Shown here piece by piece: positions 1 to 10,382 of a DNA stretch of 54,550 nt. A program made the position numbers and the translations under genes. The notes beneath the pieces were generated by a model. The model made no database searches. It was not told the origin of the DNA and worked only from the letters and a program-made list of their open reading frames with translations. The stretch spans positions 1 through 54,550 of the forward strand of contig JBHLLU010000027.1 in NCBI GenBank assembly GCA_048938895.1, read 5' to 3'. How positions within the stretch are numbered: position 1 is the stretch's first letter; each line of letters opens with the position of its first letter. This DNA comes from Promethearchaeota archaeon. Its GTDB lineage: Archaea; Asgardarchaeota; Lokiarchaeia; Sigyniarchaeales; SOKP01.

Positions 1-159
1 TTGAATTATTTTTTTGAAATAATAATTTATATATATAGATCTCTAAGTCATAAAATTAAAAAAGTTTACGAATTATAGGAAAGAAAGAAATATTTTAATA
101 TTAATGATTAAAATTTTTCTACTTTAGATATTCAAAAAATCTTTCAGTGATTGTTTGAA

Positions 160-1260
160 TTAATCAAAGAAAATCTTGTATTTTTTACAAAATTCAGGAT
201 TTAATAGATTACTTGAATCAATGAATTGATTTATTGTTCCAAAAATTTGGTATCTGATATCTTTGTATCTTGGATCTATACCCTTCAATAATTCATGTGT
301 AATCTTTTGAACAGGAACTATTAATTGAGGTCGGCTATGGAATCTAATTGCTTTAATTTCAATATTAGGGATTAATCCTAATTGAATGTGTTTTCTTGCA
401 AGAAGCAGATAGGCTTCTACAAGAAATTTCTCTCGTTGTTCCCACTGATTTTCTTTTAAAACATCTAATAAAATAGGTTTTAATTTAGTGGCAATTGGTA
501 ATCGACTAAAAGCAATCCCAAACCATTTTTCATAAGGGATAAATTCTTTTTCTAACATAAAAGCCATTTGCATGATATACCTTACAAGACGAGATGCTTC
601 GATTCGGGAACCTAAATCGTCTCCTATTCCACCAGTTCTTCCCACAAACGCTATTTCTTGAGCAATACGGTTCCATTGTGCGATTATTTTTAATTTCCAA
701 ATGGAATCTGGGTAATAATGTAATAATTCTCTCGCCCGATTTAATTCACCAAGACTATCAAAAAAAACCTTTCCTGAAGTAAATTCTAATAATCTCTGTT
801 CAGGAATAGTGAACCAATCTATTTCATCAACATTCAATGATTCTAGTGCAAGATGTTGTCTCAAATAACGCTGGACCGTATATATTTCTATTCGATGATT
901 AACAGGACTACTTTTCTTTGGTTTAAGGAACTGATTATTGTTATCTTTTGGATCTGGTTCACTCCAATTGGTTGAATATCCATGGAATGTTAAAGGTAAG
1001 TTGTTGCTTAAGAATTTCTTTATGGATTCTTTGTATTTATCATAATCGCTTTCTTTTAAAAACAGTTGTAATCTGGGTCCCCAATGATGATCAGTTGACA
1101 TCTCATCATCGAAGTTAAGGACTTCAGAGCCCCTTCCTATTAATGCGGCGGCATACTCTAAATTAGGATACTGTTTTTCTAATACGGTTTTTATTATTTC
1201 GTTGTAAAGCAATTCAGATAATTTCAACCCATGAATAAATTGAACTGAAATAAAATACAC
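160..1260 (-). CDS. DUF4037-domain protein (nucleotidyltransferase-like fold)
   Basis: Motifs GxGSEVLxFDDxxSTDHxWGPR and PYxKW typical of DUF4037 proteins; true start may be ATT at 1251. Confidence 0.75.
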   Translation of the reverse strand: MYFISVQFIHGLKLSELLYNEIIKTVLEKQYPNLEYAAALIGRGSEVLNFDDEMSTDHHWGPRLQLFLKESDYDKYKESIKKFLSNNLPLTFHGYSTNWSEPDPKDNNNQFLKPKKSSPVNHRIEIYTVQRYLRQHLALESLNVDEIDWFTIPEQRLLEFTSGKVFFDSLGELNRARELLHYYPDSIWKLKIIAQWNRIAQEIAFVGRTGGIGDDLGSRIEASRLVRYIMQMAFMLEKEFIPYEKWFGIAFSRLPIATKLKPILLDVLKENQWEQREKFLVEAYLLLARKHIQLGLIPNIEIKAIRFHSRPQLIVPVQKITHELLKGIDPRYKDIRYQIFGTINQFIDSSNLLNPEFCKKYKIFFD

Positions 1261-1340
1261 CTGTTTTAAATTGGATTAGTAAATTTATATAATTATAAAA
1301 TAATTGGCAACTTATAAGATTGTAAAAGATTTTTTAATGA

Positions 1341-1502
1341 TTATTTAGTAAGTTCCCTTTTCTTAGGTCTTAAATCCTTGCTATGACATCTTCTACATTT
1401 CTTTGCTCTAACTGGATTTAAAGCACCACATTTTCGGCAGACACTTTTTTCTAGTAGGTGATATCGTGCAATTCTTCGTTTCGCAGGATCATCAATCGGC
1501 AT
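1341..1502 (-). CDS. rpl40e: 50S ribosomal protein eL40 (missing from ORF track)
   Basis: Manual translation [53 protein letters not shown] (53 aa); CRKCxAxNPxRAxKCRRC..LRPKK signature; no ubiquitin fusion. Confidence 0.95.
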   Translation of the reverse strand: MPIDDPAKRRIARYHLLEKSVCRKCGALNPVRAKKCRRCHSKDLRPKKRELTK

Positions 1503-1693
1503 TTTTTTCAGTTTTCCTTTGTTATGAGTTTCTTAAAATCCAACTTATTATTGAAAAATATAAGAATAATTTCAAAAAAGCACTATTCAAAATAAAATTT
1601 GTGATTAAATAATTGTAAAATATGATAAAATTAAAATTTCATAGAAAATAGATCTATTCAACGATTACATTAACAAGTGTTAGTTGAGTTTAT

Positions 1694-1888
1694 ATGCCTA
1701 GAGAAATTTTTGATGAAGAAAAGTTTATTGAATTAGCTGAGTTTGCTGTTCATTGTCGAGTGAAGCGTTTAAAGGAGGTAGTTAAATTGAAACTTAGAAC
1801 TAGAAAAATTCTTTATACTTTCAAAACAGATCCAACGACGGCAGAAAGACTCCTAAGAAATATACCTTGTGACGTAATAGAAATATGA
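1694..1888 (+). CDS. rpl38e: 50S ribosomal protein eL38
   Basis: MPREI...KLKLRTRKILYT motif of L38e; 64 aa, basic. Confidence 0.9.
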   Translation: MPREIFDEEKFIELAEFAVHCRVKRLKEVVKLKLRTRKILYTFKTDPTTAERLLRNIPCDVIEI

Positions 1889-2063
1889 AATTAAAGTTCC
1901 TTTTTTACGAATAATTTTTATATTAAGACTTAACCGAGTCACAAGATTTTAAATATCTTTTTCTGAAAAAGATAACTATAAATTTTCCTATTTAAATTAT
2001 GTATGTAAAGATTTTAAGAGGAATAATTTATTTTCAAATTTATAAAATTAGGGAATTTCACCG

Positions 2064-2984
2064 ATGATTCAATCACTGTATATCTTTCATAGTGATACCA
2101 AGAACCTATTGTATAATAAGAATTTTCAAAGCGATGAGAAAATGGAAATGTTTAGTTCTTTTTTTTCTGCGCTTCAAACTTTTGTTTCAGAATTAACTGC
2201 GAGTAGCACTGATTTACTCAACACAATTGAATTAGGTGAATATTTAGTCCTCATTTCGAGAATATCTGAAATTTCTTCCGATTTAGTGCTTATAATTGAT
2301 AATGAGGATATGAAAGAAGCTCAAAAGATGATACCTAAGATCACGAAGATCATTAATGACCATGAAGATTTATTCATTGACTGGGATCATGAACCAGAAA
2401 AGCTCGAAATGTTTGATTTAAAAATCATAAAGTTAATCCTCTCTAACAAAAAATTGATTTCTGAATCATCTCTAACTGCAAATCAGAGTTCAATTTTAAA
2501 ATCTATTTGGGAGCAAAAAGGAGCGCTTTCAGAACAATTGAGAGAGAATTTATCGAAAGAACAAGAGGAGCTTACTGTCCAATATTTAAATGAGGATAAT
2601 TACCTTAAAAAATATGGGATTTCTAAAAGTTTAATTGAGATCTCAGAGAAACTTCATGATGATGAGAAGTTTATTGAGTATCAAACTGAAGCAAAATCTT
2701 TAAAAGACGAAATTAAGGATCGAAGGCTTAGATTACAGTATTATTTAGATATGGTAAAAGAATCCTTAGAATATTCAAAATATGCAGAAACTTATTCATA
2801 TTTATATTCCCTTTGTTTAAAACTCGAGAATTTTATTGAACCTAGCGTCATTGAGAAATATAAACGAATCGCAAAAACGATATTAAATAGGGATAAAGTA
2901 TCTAAAGCCGAATTTAGGGAAGCTGTAAGAGAAGTAGCTATGATTGAAGAAGAAATCAACCAATGTCTATCTTTTAAGGTATAA
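2064..2984 (+). CDS. Longin-like N-terminal domain protein with helical C-terminus
   Basis: MIxSLYIF..LLY...FSSFFSALQTF pattern of Asgard longin-like domains; acidic helical tail. Confidence 0.55.
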   Translation: MIQSLYIFHSDTKNLLYNKNFQSDEKMEMFSSFFSALQTFVSELTASSTDLLNTIELGEYLVLISRISEISSDLVLIIDNEDMKEAQKMIPKITKIINDHEDLFIDWDHEPEKLEMFDLKIIKLILSNKKLISESSLTANQSSILKSIWEQKGALSEQLRENLSKEQEELTVQYLNEDNYLKKYGISKSLIEISEKLHDDEKFIEYQTEAKSLKDEIKDRRLRLQYYLDMVKESLEYSKYAETYSYLYSLCLKLENFIEPSVIEKYKRIAKTILNRDKVSKAEFREAVREVAMIEEEINQCLSFKV

Positions 2985-3155
2985 ACTTCAATTATAATCC
3001 TTTTGATGTAAAAGAAACTTTTTTAAACAAAATAATTAAGAATCTTTATCATAAAATTAATTAAACATTTTTAATAGATCTCAATCATAATAGCTCTACT
3101 AGACTATTTTAGGGAATAAATTTATTACCAATTTTTTCACTCGAGTTTAGATATT

Positions 3156-3668
3156 ATGAAAGTTCTTCCTGCTGACAAAACTTGTATAAATTCTGGATTC
3201 CTATGTACCAATTGTCAAGCTAGACTTGATGCGGGTGAAATTACAGAATTCGAGATTGATTTAGCTAAGGATCTTTTAGAATTAGAAGAAGTAAATGAAA
3301 ATTTCGGATTTTTAAAAGATGTATCTTTTTACAAAGCGATTGATTATGAAGATTTAATAATAATTATCGTAGGTAAGAGAGATAAATTAAAAATATCCTC
3401 AGAGTTAATAGATTGGATAAAAGAAACATATGAAGTTGACGAGATTATATTAATCGAGAAAACCAATAAGCCTCGACCAGTAATAGAAGCATTAATCAAC
3501 CCTTATAAGTTAATTTCTTTAAATGAAATATTTTTGGCAACGGGAGATATCCAGTTTAGAGCTGTTTTATGGGAAGATGATCAAGATAAGTTGTTATTTA
3601 CAAAAGAAGAACTTGAACAATTAATTTATGAATTAACAGGAAATATTATTCGAGTAGAGTTTCAGTAA
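3156..3668 (+). CDS. Archaeal NusA-like KH protein with N-terminal Cys cluster
   Basis: N-terminal DxxCxxSGxLCxxC..L..GEI pattern of archaeal NusA-like paralogs. Confidence 0.65.
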   Translation: MKVLPADKTCINSGFLCTNCQARLDAGEITEFEIDLAKDLLELEEVNENFGFLKDVSFYKAIDYEDLIIIIVGKRDKLKISSELIDWIKETYEVDEIILIEKTNKPRPVIEALINPYKLISLNEIFLATGDIQFRAVLWEDDQDKLLFTKEELEQLIYELTGNIIRVEFQ

Positions 3669-3717
3669 TAATCAATAAGTTTAATTACCTCTATTCCTAA
3701 TATTTAATAGAAATACT

Positions 3718-4074
3718 GTGGAAGACTATAAACAAGTAATTTTAATTCGAACAGATTTAAAAATGAGTACAGGAAAAAAATGTGCTCAGTCGTGTCATGC
3801 AAGTGTTTCAGCCTCAGATATAGTCCGTATTCAGAATAAAAGTAACTGGAAGAATTGGAAGAATTCTGGTCAAAAGAAGGTTGTTCTTAAAATAGGCAGT
3901 ATGGAACATTTAAAAGAGATTGTAAAAAGGCTAGAATCAAATAAGGTTCCATATTTTATAGTAAAGGATGCAGGGCTCACTCAATTAGCACCTGGTACAA
4001 CCACCGCGGTTGGAATTGGTCCTGATCTTTCTCGAGAAATTGACAAGATTACAGGAGATCTCAAATTATTATAA
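3718..4074 (+). CDS. pth2: Peptidyl-tRNA hydrolase Pth2
   Basis: [16 protein letters not shown], AQxx[32 protein letters not shown]. Confidence 0.95.
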   Translation: MEDYKQVILIRTDLKMSTGKKCAQSCHASVSASDIVRIQNKSNWKNWKNSGQKKVVLKIGSMEHLKEIVKRLESNKVPYFIVKDAGLTQLAPGTTTAVGIGPDLSREIDKITGDLKLL

Positions 4075-4090
4075 AAGATAGGCTTTAAAA

Positions 4091-5482
4091 TTGTTAGATA
4101 ATAAGAGTGATGATATAACTTATTTTTTTGTTTCAGATAATGAAAAAGAAGTAGAAATCTTTGTAGGAATCGAAAGCTATGCGACATCTAAGATAAAAGG
4201 AATTAATGGGGAATATAAATCACTTTTCAAAGATTTTATAGTAAAAGAAATAGATAAAAATGGGAAAATTCTTAGTATAATTGAAGATTTCTCAAATCCA
4301 AAATTTTCAAAAGATTTACATGATAAATTTACGACATTTAATTTGATTAAGGTTAATAGAGATACCTTTGAGGCTATTAGAAAAATTAGTAAAGCATTAA
4401 AAATACCTTCTAACCTAATACAATATTCAGGACTGAAAGACAAACAAGCTATTTCAGTGCAAAAAGTATCCATCAAAGGAAATTATATTAACGAGTTACA
4501 AAAGCTAAAAATTAGAGATATTTTCATAAGAAATATCTATCCTTCAAAAAAACCAGTTAAAATAGGAAGTCATCAAGGTAACCATTTTACAATTACAATT
4601 AGAAACCTTACGGATTCCAACAATCTCAAACGAAATATTGAGAAAATCTTAAAATATATTAAGACATTTGGTTTTCCAAACTACTTTGGTCTCCAAAGAT
4701 TTGGGAATTATAGACCGAATTCTCATATTGTAGGACAATTATTTTTAAAGGGAGATTATGAGAATGCATTTAAAGAATATGTATCATCGACATATTCTAC
4801 TGAGTCTAACGAATCAAGAATAGCTAGGAGTGAATTTAAAAGAGACGGAGATTTAAAGAAAGCTTATGACCGTTTTCCCAAACTTCTAAAATATGAAAAA
4901 GAAATGATTTATTTCCTCTTAAATCATCCTAATAACTATGAAGGAGCTACCAAAACTTTGCCAAAAGATCTGATAAGATTATTAATTAGTTCCTTTCAAT
5001 CTTATTTATTCAATAGAATGATCTCCACAAGAGTTAAAAAGGGAATCCCATTGTTTAAACCTGTTAATGGTGATGTAATTTCGATTTTAGATGATAAAAA
5101 CGGGAATATTACACAAATTAAATATATTTATGGTGCGGGATATGATAATTATTTGAAAAAAGCAATTAAAATAAATCGAGCTCTAATAGTTTTACCTATT
5201 ATAGGAAGTACAACAAATTTAGACGATTTTCCTTTAATGAAAACTATATTTGAAGATATATGTAGGGAGGATAAAATAGACAAAGAAATTTTTAAGAGCG
5301 ATTATATTGACGGAAATGATTTTAAAGGGGCAATTAGAGCTATGACTGTTAAACCTAATGGGTTGCATATGATAGAATTTGCAACAGACGAACTTAATCC
5401 AAGTAAAAAAAAGATTAAAATTGAGTTCTCGCTTCAAAAAGGGAGTTATGCTACAATGTTATTAAGAGAACTAATTAAATAA
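4091..5482 (+). CDS. truD: tRNA pseudouridine(13) synthase TruD
   Basis: DFIVKE, GLKDK (catalytic Asp), GNHF, PNYFGLQRFG, QSYLFN, FSLxKGSYAT motifs. Confidence 0.95.
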   Translation: MLDNKSDDITYFFVSDNEKEVEIFVGIESYATSKIKGINGEYKSLFKDFIVKEIDKNGKILSIIEDFSNPKFSKDLHDKFTTFNLIKVNRDTFEAIRKISKALKIPSNLIQYSGLKDKQAISVQKVSIKGNYINELQKLKIRDIFIRNIYPSKKPVKIGSHQGNHFTITIRNLTDSNNLKRNIEKILKYIKTFGFPNYFGLQRFGNYRPNSHIVGQLFLKGDYENAFKEYVSSTYSTESNESRIARSEFKRDGDLKKAYDRFPKLLKYEKEMIYFLLNHPNNYEGATKTLPKDLIRLLISSFQSYLFNRMISTRVKKGIPLFKPVNGDVISILDDKNGNITQIKYIYGAGYDNYLKKAIKINRALIVLPIIGSTTNLDDFPLMKTIFEDICREDKIDKEIFKSDYIDGNDFKGAIRAMTVKPNGLHMIEFATDELNPSKKKIKIEFSLQKGSYATMLLRELIK

Positions 5483-5484
5483 TT

Positions 5485-7008
5485 CTAAATTGTAATCTTA
5501 TAAGATTTTTGAGTAATAATTCCGAATATATCAATGACTTTGACAGATAAATTATATAAACCATTTTCTTCATAAGTATAGGGTTTTGATTTCAATTCTA
5601 ATTCCCTCTTTTTTCCTGAGCGAAATGAAACCCATTTATTGTTAAAGGTTTGGTTTTGAAAATTATAATCTATAGCCCAATAATCAATAAAATCTGAGAA
5701 AGATGTAATTTTACTTCGAATTTTATTTGAAATTACTTTTTTATAAGGAATAGTATAGTTTAAAAGTTCAATTATTACATTTTTGTTGTTCTGATGTATT
5801 TTTACATTTATTTCTGGAGGTTCAAATTTAGAAGAAACATTATTTTTGAATGAATCTTTTTCCAAGAATTCTTTTGAAATTATTTGCTCTTCCTTATTTA
5901 GGCTAATAACTCTAAATGAGTTAGGATTCCTTTTGTAATTCTCTTTCCAATTTAGGAGATTATTACTTTTATTTATATTGAGAATTCGTTTTCTTGAGAT
6001 ATGTATAGCATGTTTATTCATATCACATCCAATCCAGCGTCTTCCCAATTTTTCTGCTACAGCTAGTGTCGTACCTGAGCCACAGAAAAAGTCTGCCACA
6101 ATATCTTTTTCATTGGTGCAAGCTAAAATTATCCTCTTGAGTAAGCGTTCTGGTTTTTGGGTTGAAAAACCTTGATATTCTGGAGTATTTGCTCTGATAT
6201 ATGGAATATCATTCCACACATCTCTAGGAAATATTCCATTTTGTTCCACATACACTTTTCTTGATAATTTTTTCCCATTATGACTACCACCTCTATAATA
6301 AAATGTTCCATGTTCATCTTTTTTCAAAGCATCTTTAACTCTATTTGAATACTCCATATATATTTTTGGGTCATCCTTAAAGACATAATCTTCAGTTTTT
6401 GAATAAAAAAGGAGAGTATCATAGGATCTGATGAAAAATCGTCTTGTTTTTACAGAAGCTGCAGGGTAAGCCCAAATTATTTCATTTCTAAAATTATTAA
6501 TTCCAAAAATATCATCCATTACCAGTTTAATATAATGAGAAATATGCCAATCTAAATGAACAAATATTGAACCATTTTGAGCTAATAATTTCTTCATTTT
6601 AAGAAGTCTCCTGTGTAAAAAGGTTAAATAAGAGTCTAATCCTTTTTCCCATTTGTCTGTGTAGGATGTTTTTTCAATAAATTTCCCTCTTTCACCTATT
6701 TGAATCTTGAAATTGAAATCTCCTCCAGTAGCAAAGGGGGGATCTATATAGATTAGAGATAACTTGTTTCTGAATTCATTCATGAGGGTATTGATAACTG
6801 ATTCATTTTCCCCCCAAATTAGTAGATTTTCCCAATTGTCTAACAATTCATTATTTTTATCGGTAAAAGAGTAAATGTCAAGATTATGGAAAGGTTTTAT
6901 ATTATCTAATTTAAAATCATTTCCCTTCTTCCCATTCCATATCAAATTTACCATATATAAAAGATAGGAAAGAAAAAATTTTATTTTTTCTTTAATTTTA
7001 TAAATCAT
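5485..7008 (-). CDS. Beta-class N6-adenine DNA methyltransferase (Mod-like); likely start 6954
   Basis: LIYIDPPF precedes TQKPE and DFFCGSGTT; Mod-like C-terminus (IDYWAID...VKVIDIFG). Confidence 0.85.
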   Translation of the reverse strand: MIYKIKEKIKFFLSYLLYMVNLIWNGKKGNDFKLDNIKPFHNLDIYSFTDKNNELLDNWENLLIWGENESVINTLMNEFRNKLSLIYIDPPFATGGDFNFKIQIGERGKFIEKTSYTDKWEKGLDSYLTFLHRRLLKMKKLLAQNGSIFVHLDWHISHYIKLVMDDIFGINNFRNEIIWAYPAASVKTRRFFIRSYDTLLFYSKTEDYVFKDDPKIYMEYSNRVKDALKKDEHGTFYYRGGSHNGKKLSRKVYVEQNGIFPRDVWNDIPYIRANTPEYQGFSTQKPERLLKRIILACTNEKDIVADFFCGSGTTLAVAEKLGRRWIGCDMNKHAIHISRKRILNINKSNNLLNWKENYKRNPNSFRVISLNKEEQIISKEFLEKDSFKNNVSSKFEPPEINVKIHQNNKNVIIELLNYTIPYKKVISNKIRSKITSFSDFIDYWAIDYNFQNQTFNNKWVSFRSGKKRELELKSKPYTYEENGLYNLSVKVIDIFGIITQKSYKITI

Positions 7009-7038
7009 ATTTGAGAAAAATTTAGTACTATTAAGAAG

Positions 7039-8370
7039 ATGAGATTAGATAAACTTGATAATTGGAGAAAATCTCATTACACAAGAGATGTGACGCAGGA
7101 ACTAGCTGACGATGAAATAATTTTAGGTGGATGGGTTCGAAATTTTAGAGATTTAGGTGGATTGAAATTCATTTCATTGCAGGATAAATATGGGGAACGA
7201 CAAATTACGTTAAAAAAAGGTGTTGTATCAGATGAGTTGTTTGAAAAAACTAAGGTGGGATATCAATATTGTCTAATGGTAAAAGGTATAGTTAAAAAAT
7301 TTAAATCTGCCCCCGGAGGGATAGAAATAATTCCTTCAGAAATAAAGATACTAAATAGAACACCTGAAAAACTCCCAATAGATATGACTGGTGAAACAAT
7401 ATCTGAATTAGATCTTAGATTAAATAATAGGGCTTTAGATCTAAGATCACTGAGAAATCAAGCTGTCTTTGAAATCAGAGGGGAAATGCTTAGGTCGATA
7501 AGGCGTTTACTAAATGAAAGGGATTTTTCAGAAGTGAGTACCCCAAAAATTATCGGTTCAGCAACAGAAGGGGGTACAGAATTATTTCCTATTATGTATT
7601 TTGAGAGAGAAGCATTTCTAACTCAATCAGCTCAACTTTATAAAGAACAGCTAAGCGGTGTTTATGAGCGGGTTTTTGAATTAAGTGATTGTTTTAGAGC
7701 AGAAAAAAGCCGAACTAAGAGACACTTATGTGAAATTTATACTTTAGATGTTGAGATGGCATTTGTCGCAATGGATGATGTTATGAAAATGTTGGAGGAA
7801 TTGATATATAACGTAATTAAAGATTTACAAGATAATAAAATGGAAGAATTAAAAATCCTAAAAATGGACAAGAAAACTACTTTACCTGAAGTGCCATTTC
7901 CAAAATATAGATATGAAGAGATCATTGATTTAATTAATACCAAATTTGGAATTAATCTTGAATTTGGTGAAGATCCTGGAAAGCTTCCAACTGAAGTTTA
8001 CCGAAAATTAGAAGAAGAATTATCTGGCTATTATTATATTACTCATTGGCCAATGTCAATTAAGCCTTTCTATATCATGCCCTCTGAAAATCCCAAGTAT
8101 AGTGAATCTTTTGATTTACAAAAAGGAATGTTAGAATTGACTTCAGGGGGAACCAGAGTTCATAATAAATCTCAATTAGTAGATGCTTTAGAATCAAAAG
8201 GGTTAAATTCTGCCGCTTTCGAGTCCCACCTTAAAGCCTTTGATTATGGAATGCCTCCCCATGCTGGATTTGGCCTAGGAATAGATCGCTGGCTTACTAT
8301 ACTATGTGGATTGGAAGATATACGAGAAGCGGTAATGTATCCAAGAACTCCAGATAGATTGACTCCATAA
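7039..8370 (+). CDS. aspS: Aspartyl-tRNA synthetase, archaeal type, probably non-discriminating
   Basis: OB-fold GWVxxxRDLGG, ATEGG, QSAQLYK, FRAE, GMPPHAGFGLGIDR, PRTPDRLTP; Pro in the SAPGG loop as in non-discriminating enzymes. Confidence 0.93.
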   Translation: MRLDKLDNWRKSHYTRDVTQELADDEIILGGWVRNFRDLGGLKFISLQDKYGERQITLKKGVVSDELFEKTKVGYQYCLMVKGIVKKFKSAPGGIEIIPSEIKILNRTPEKLPIDMTGETISELDLRLNNRALDLRSLRNQAVFEIRGEMLRSIRRLLNERDFSEVSTPKIIGSATEGGTELFPIMYFEREAFLTQSAQLYKEQLSGVYERVFELSDCFRAEKSRTKRHLCEIYTLDVEMAFVAMDDVMKMLEELIYNVIKDLQDNKMEELKILKMDKKTTLPEVPFPKYRYEEIIDLINTKFGINLEFGEDPGKLPTEVYRKLEEELSGYYYITHWPMSIKPFYIMPSENPKYSESFDLQKGMLELTSGGTRVHNKSQLVDALESKGLNSAAFESHLKAFDYGMPPHAGFGLGIDRWLTILCGLEDIREAVMYPRTPDRLTP

Positions 8371-8382
8371 TTAATATTTAAA

Positions 8383-9309
8383 ATGGGTATCATGAATGAA
8401 AAATATATTCAAGATTATATAAAGGCAGGAAAAGCTGTAATTGCTGCTAAAAAATTAGCAAGTCAAATAATCAAACCCGGAGTTTTATTATTAGATATTG
8501 CTAATCAATGTGAAGCCGAATTAATAAAAAATGGATGTGAGTTATCTTTTCCAATCAATTTATCTTTAAATGAAATTGCTGCACATTATAGTCCCCCTAT
8601 TGATGATGATATGGTAGTTCCTGAAAATGGTTTATTAAAAATTGATATTGGTGCCCATTTTAATGGATATATAGCAGATTCCGCTTTTACAATTAATATT
8701 GATGGAGATCCAAAATTACAAAATTATGTTGACGCTGCCAAAGAAGCATTAGATGCAGCAATTGAGCTATTTAAACCTGGAGTCAAATTATATGAATTAG
8801 GTGAAGCAATTGCTCAAAAAATCTTGAATAGAGGGTTAAGACCAATTACAAATCTTGGTGGGCATGAGTTAAAGCAATATAATTTGCATGCCGGACCATT
8901 TATTCCTAATTATAAAGAAAAATTACATGATCAAATATTGAAACCAGGAGATGCTTATGCTTGTGAACCCTTTGCAACTTCAGGAGTAGGAAAAGTTGAA
9001 AATGGAAATAGTTCTTATATATATCGATTCGCTAGGAAAGTAAAAAAAAATGTACCATATACAGAACAAGTTTATATGAATAAAATAGAAACTAATTTCA
9101 AACAGCTTCCTTTTTCACCTCGATGGATAGATAATAATAATCTTTTTCCTAATCAAAATATCCAGACAATAATTGATTCGCTTTTGAGAAGAAAAATTTT
9201 GGATAAATATCCCATTTTAATTGAAAAAAGCAAAGAACCTGTGGCTCAAGAAGAACATACTATTATATTGGATATGGATGGAAAGAAAATTGTCACTACC
9301 AAAGAATAA
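8383..9309 (+). CDS. map: Methionine aminopeptidase type II
   Basis: FPINLSLNEIAAHY, DIGAHxxGYIADSA, NLGGH, ACEP, QEEHT motifs. Confidence 0.95.
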   Translation: MGIMNEKYIQDYIKAGKAVIAAKKLASQIIKPGVLLLDIANQCEAELIKNGCELSFPINLSLNEIAAHYSPPIDDDMVVPENGLLKIDIGAHFNGYIADSAFTINIDGDPKLQNYVDAAKEALDAAIELFKPGVKLYELGEAIAQKILNRGLRPITNLGGHELKQYNLHAGPFIPNYKEKLHDQILKPGDAYACEPFATSGVGKVENGNSSYIYRFARKVKKNVPYTEQVYMNKIETNFKQLPFSPRWIDNNNLFPNQNIQTIIDSLLRRKILDKYPILIEKSKEPVAQEEHTIILDMDGKKIVTTKE

Positions 9310-10141
9310 ACTTAAGGCAAAAATATCTGTAATAATATTAGCTGCTGGGGAAGGAACACGGATAAGTGACTTTATACAAAATATACCAAAGCCAATGATT
9401 AAAGTAAATAATAAACCACTTCTGATGCATATCATATCTAATCTAACTTCACCAGAAATTAGTTCTATTAATATTATAACTGGACATCTGGGAAATGAGA
9501 TAAAGAAGTTTATTTTATCTCTTAAAAAAATTAATACTACTCTTTATGAAAAAATTGCAATTATTGATTCTGGAGAAGATTATAAGAAAGGCTCGTTATA
9601 TTCCTTTCTTTCAATAGCGAATAAGCCTATCCTCGAAAAAGACAAATTCTTTTTGGTTATTCCAGGTGATACGTACTTTGAACCAGATTTATTCACAGAG
9701 ATTTTTAGTAAAATCCAAAAAGATTTCAATATTATTGAAAAGTATTCAATTATCTTTTATCAAAATATACAGGGTATTGAATTAAAATCAAATTTAAACT
9801 CAAAACGAAGAATATCAATTGTAACAATTGAAAGATTTAAATCGAAAGAAATTCTTAAAGAAATTACACAAAAGACCATCAACGGTATAAGGAATAATGA
9901 AGAGGTTAACCAAATTTTACCAGTATTTATATTCAATTATGAACTTATGAAAAGAATAATTGAGGTTGAAAAAGATGTTTCCGCAACAACAATTAGAGAA
10001 ATAATTAATCATTTTATTCAAAAAGAGAATTATACTATTTTTGCATATCCAATTAGTTCTGGTTATACCTTTATTGATGTTGATACAAAATCAGAATTAA
10101 AAACACTACAAAAAAAAAAGGACAATAGAGGCTCCGATTAA
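9221..10141 (+). CDS. NTP-transferase family protein (start probably downstream of 9221)
   Basis: ILAAGEGTR..IPKPM, PGD, C-terminal DVDT. Confidence 0.8.
   Translation: MKKAKNLWLKKNILLYWIWMERKLSLPKNKLKAKISVIILAAGEGTRISDFIQNIPKPMIKVNNKPLLMHIISNLTSPEISSINIITGHLGNEIKKFILSLKKINTTLYEKIAIIDSGEDYKKGSLYSFLSIANKPILEKDKFFLVIPGDTYFEPDLFTEIFSKIQKDFNIIEKYSIIFYQNIQGIELKSNLNSKRRISIVTIERFKSKEILKEITQKTINGIRNNEEVNQILPVFIFNYELMKRIIEVEKDVSATTIREIINHFIQKENYTIFAYPISSGYTFIDVDTKSELKTLQKKKDNRGSD
10110..10119 (-). terminator. Oligo-T terminator of candidate RNA A
   Basis: T10 on minus strand directly after ...CTATTGTCC. Confidence 0.45.
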
Positions 10142-10216
10142 TCAGAGGGTAATTGATCCAAAGGAATCTCTTGATTAAAAAGCCATTGAAACAACTAGGC
10201 AATCAAAGCGTCTATT
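10120..10216 (-). ncRNA. Candidate structured small RNA A (three-way junction)
   Basis: 16-position terminal helix AAUAGACGCUUUGAUU/AAUCGGAGCCUCUAUU (one C-C mismatch; two G-U pairs only on minus strand) enclosing two hairpins; TATA-like at about -30..-22; U10 tract follows. Confidence 0.55.
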
Positions 10217-10382
10217 ATTAAAAATCTTTTATTTAAGCTATATATTATAGTTTCTCAGTCTCGTGTATCTCTTAAAAATGACATCTCACACAACAAAATT
10301 TTTCAAAGTTTTATAGATTCAAAGGAAAGACTTTATTACTATAACATTCAAGTGCGAAACTTATTATTTTTCCCCAAAGTGC

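Noticed and set aside
10260-10292. Short GTGT/ACAC inverted repeat with ATCTC direct repeat as a fourth RNA module
   Set aside because: Pairing too short to distinguish from chance
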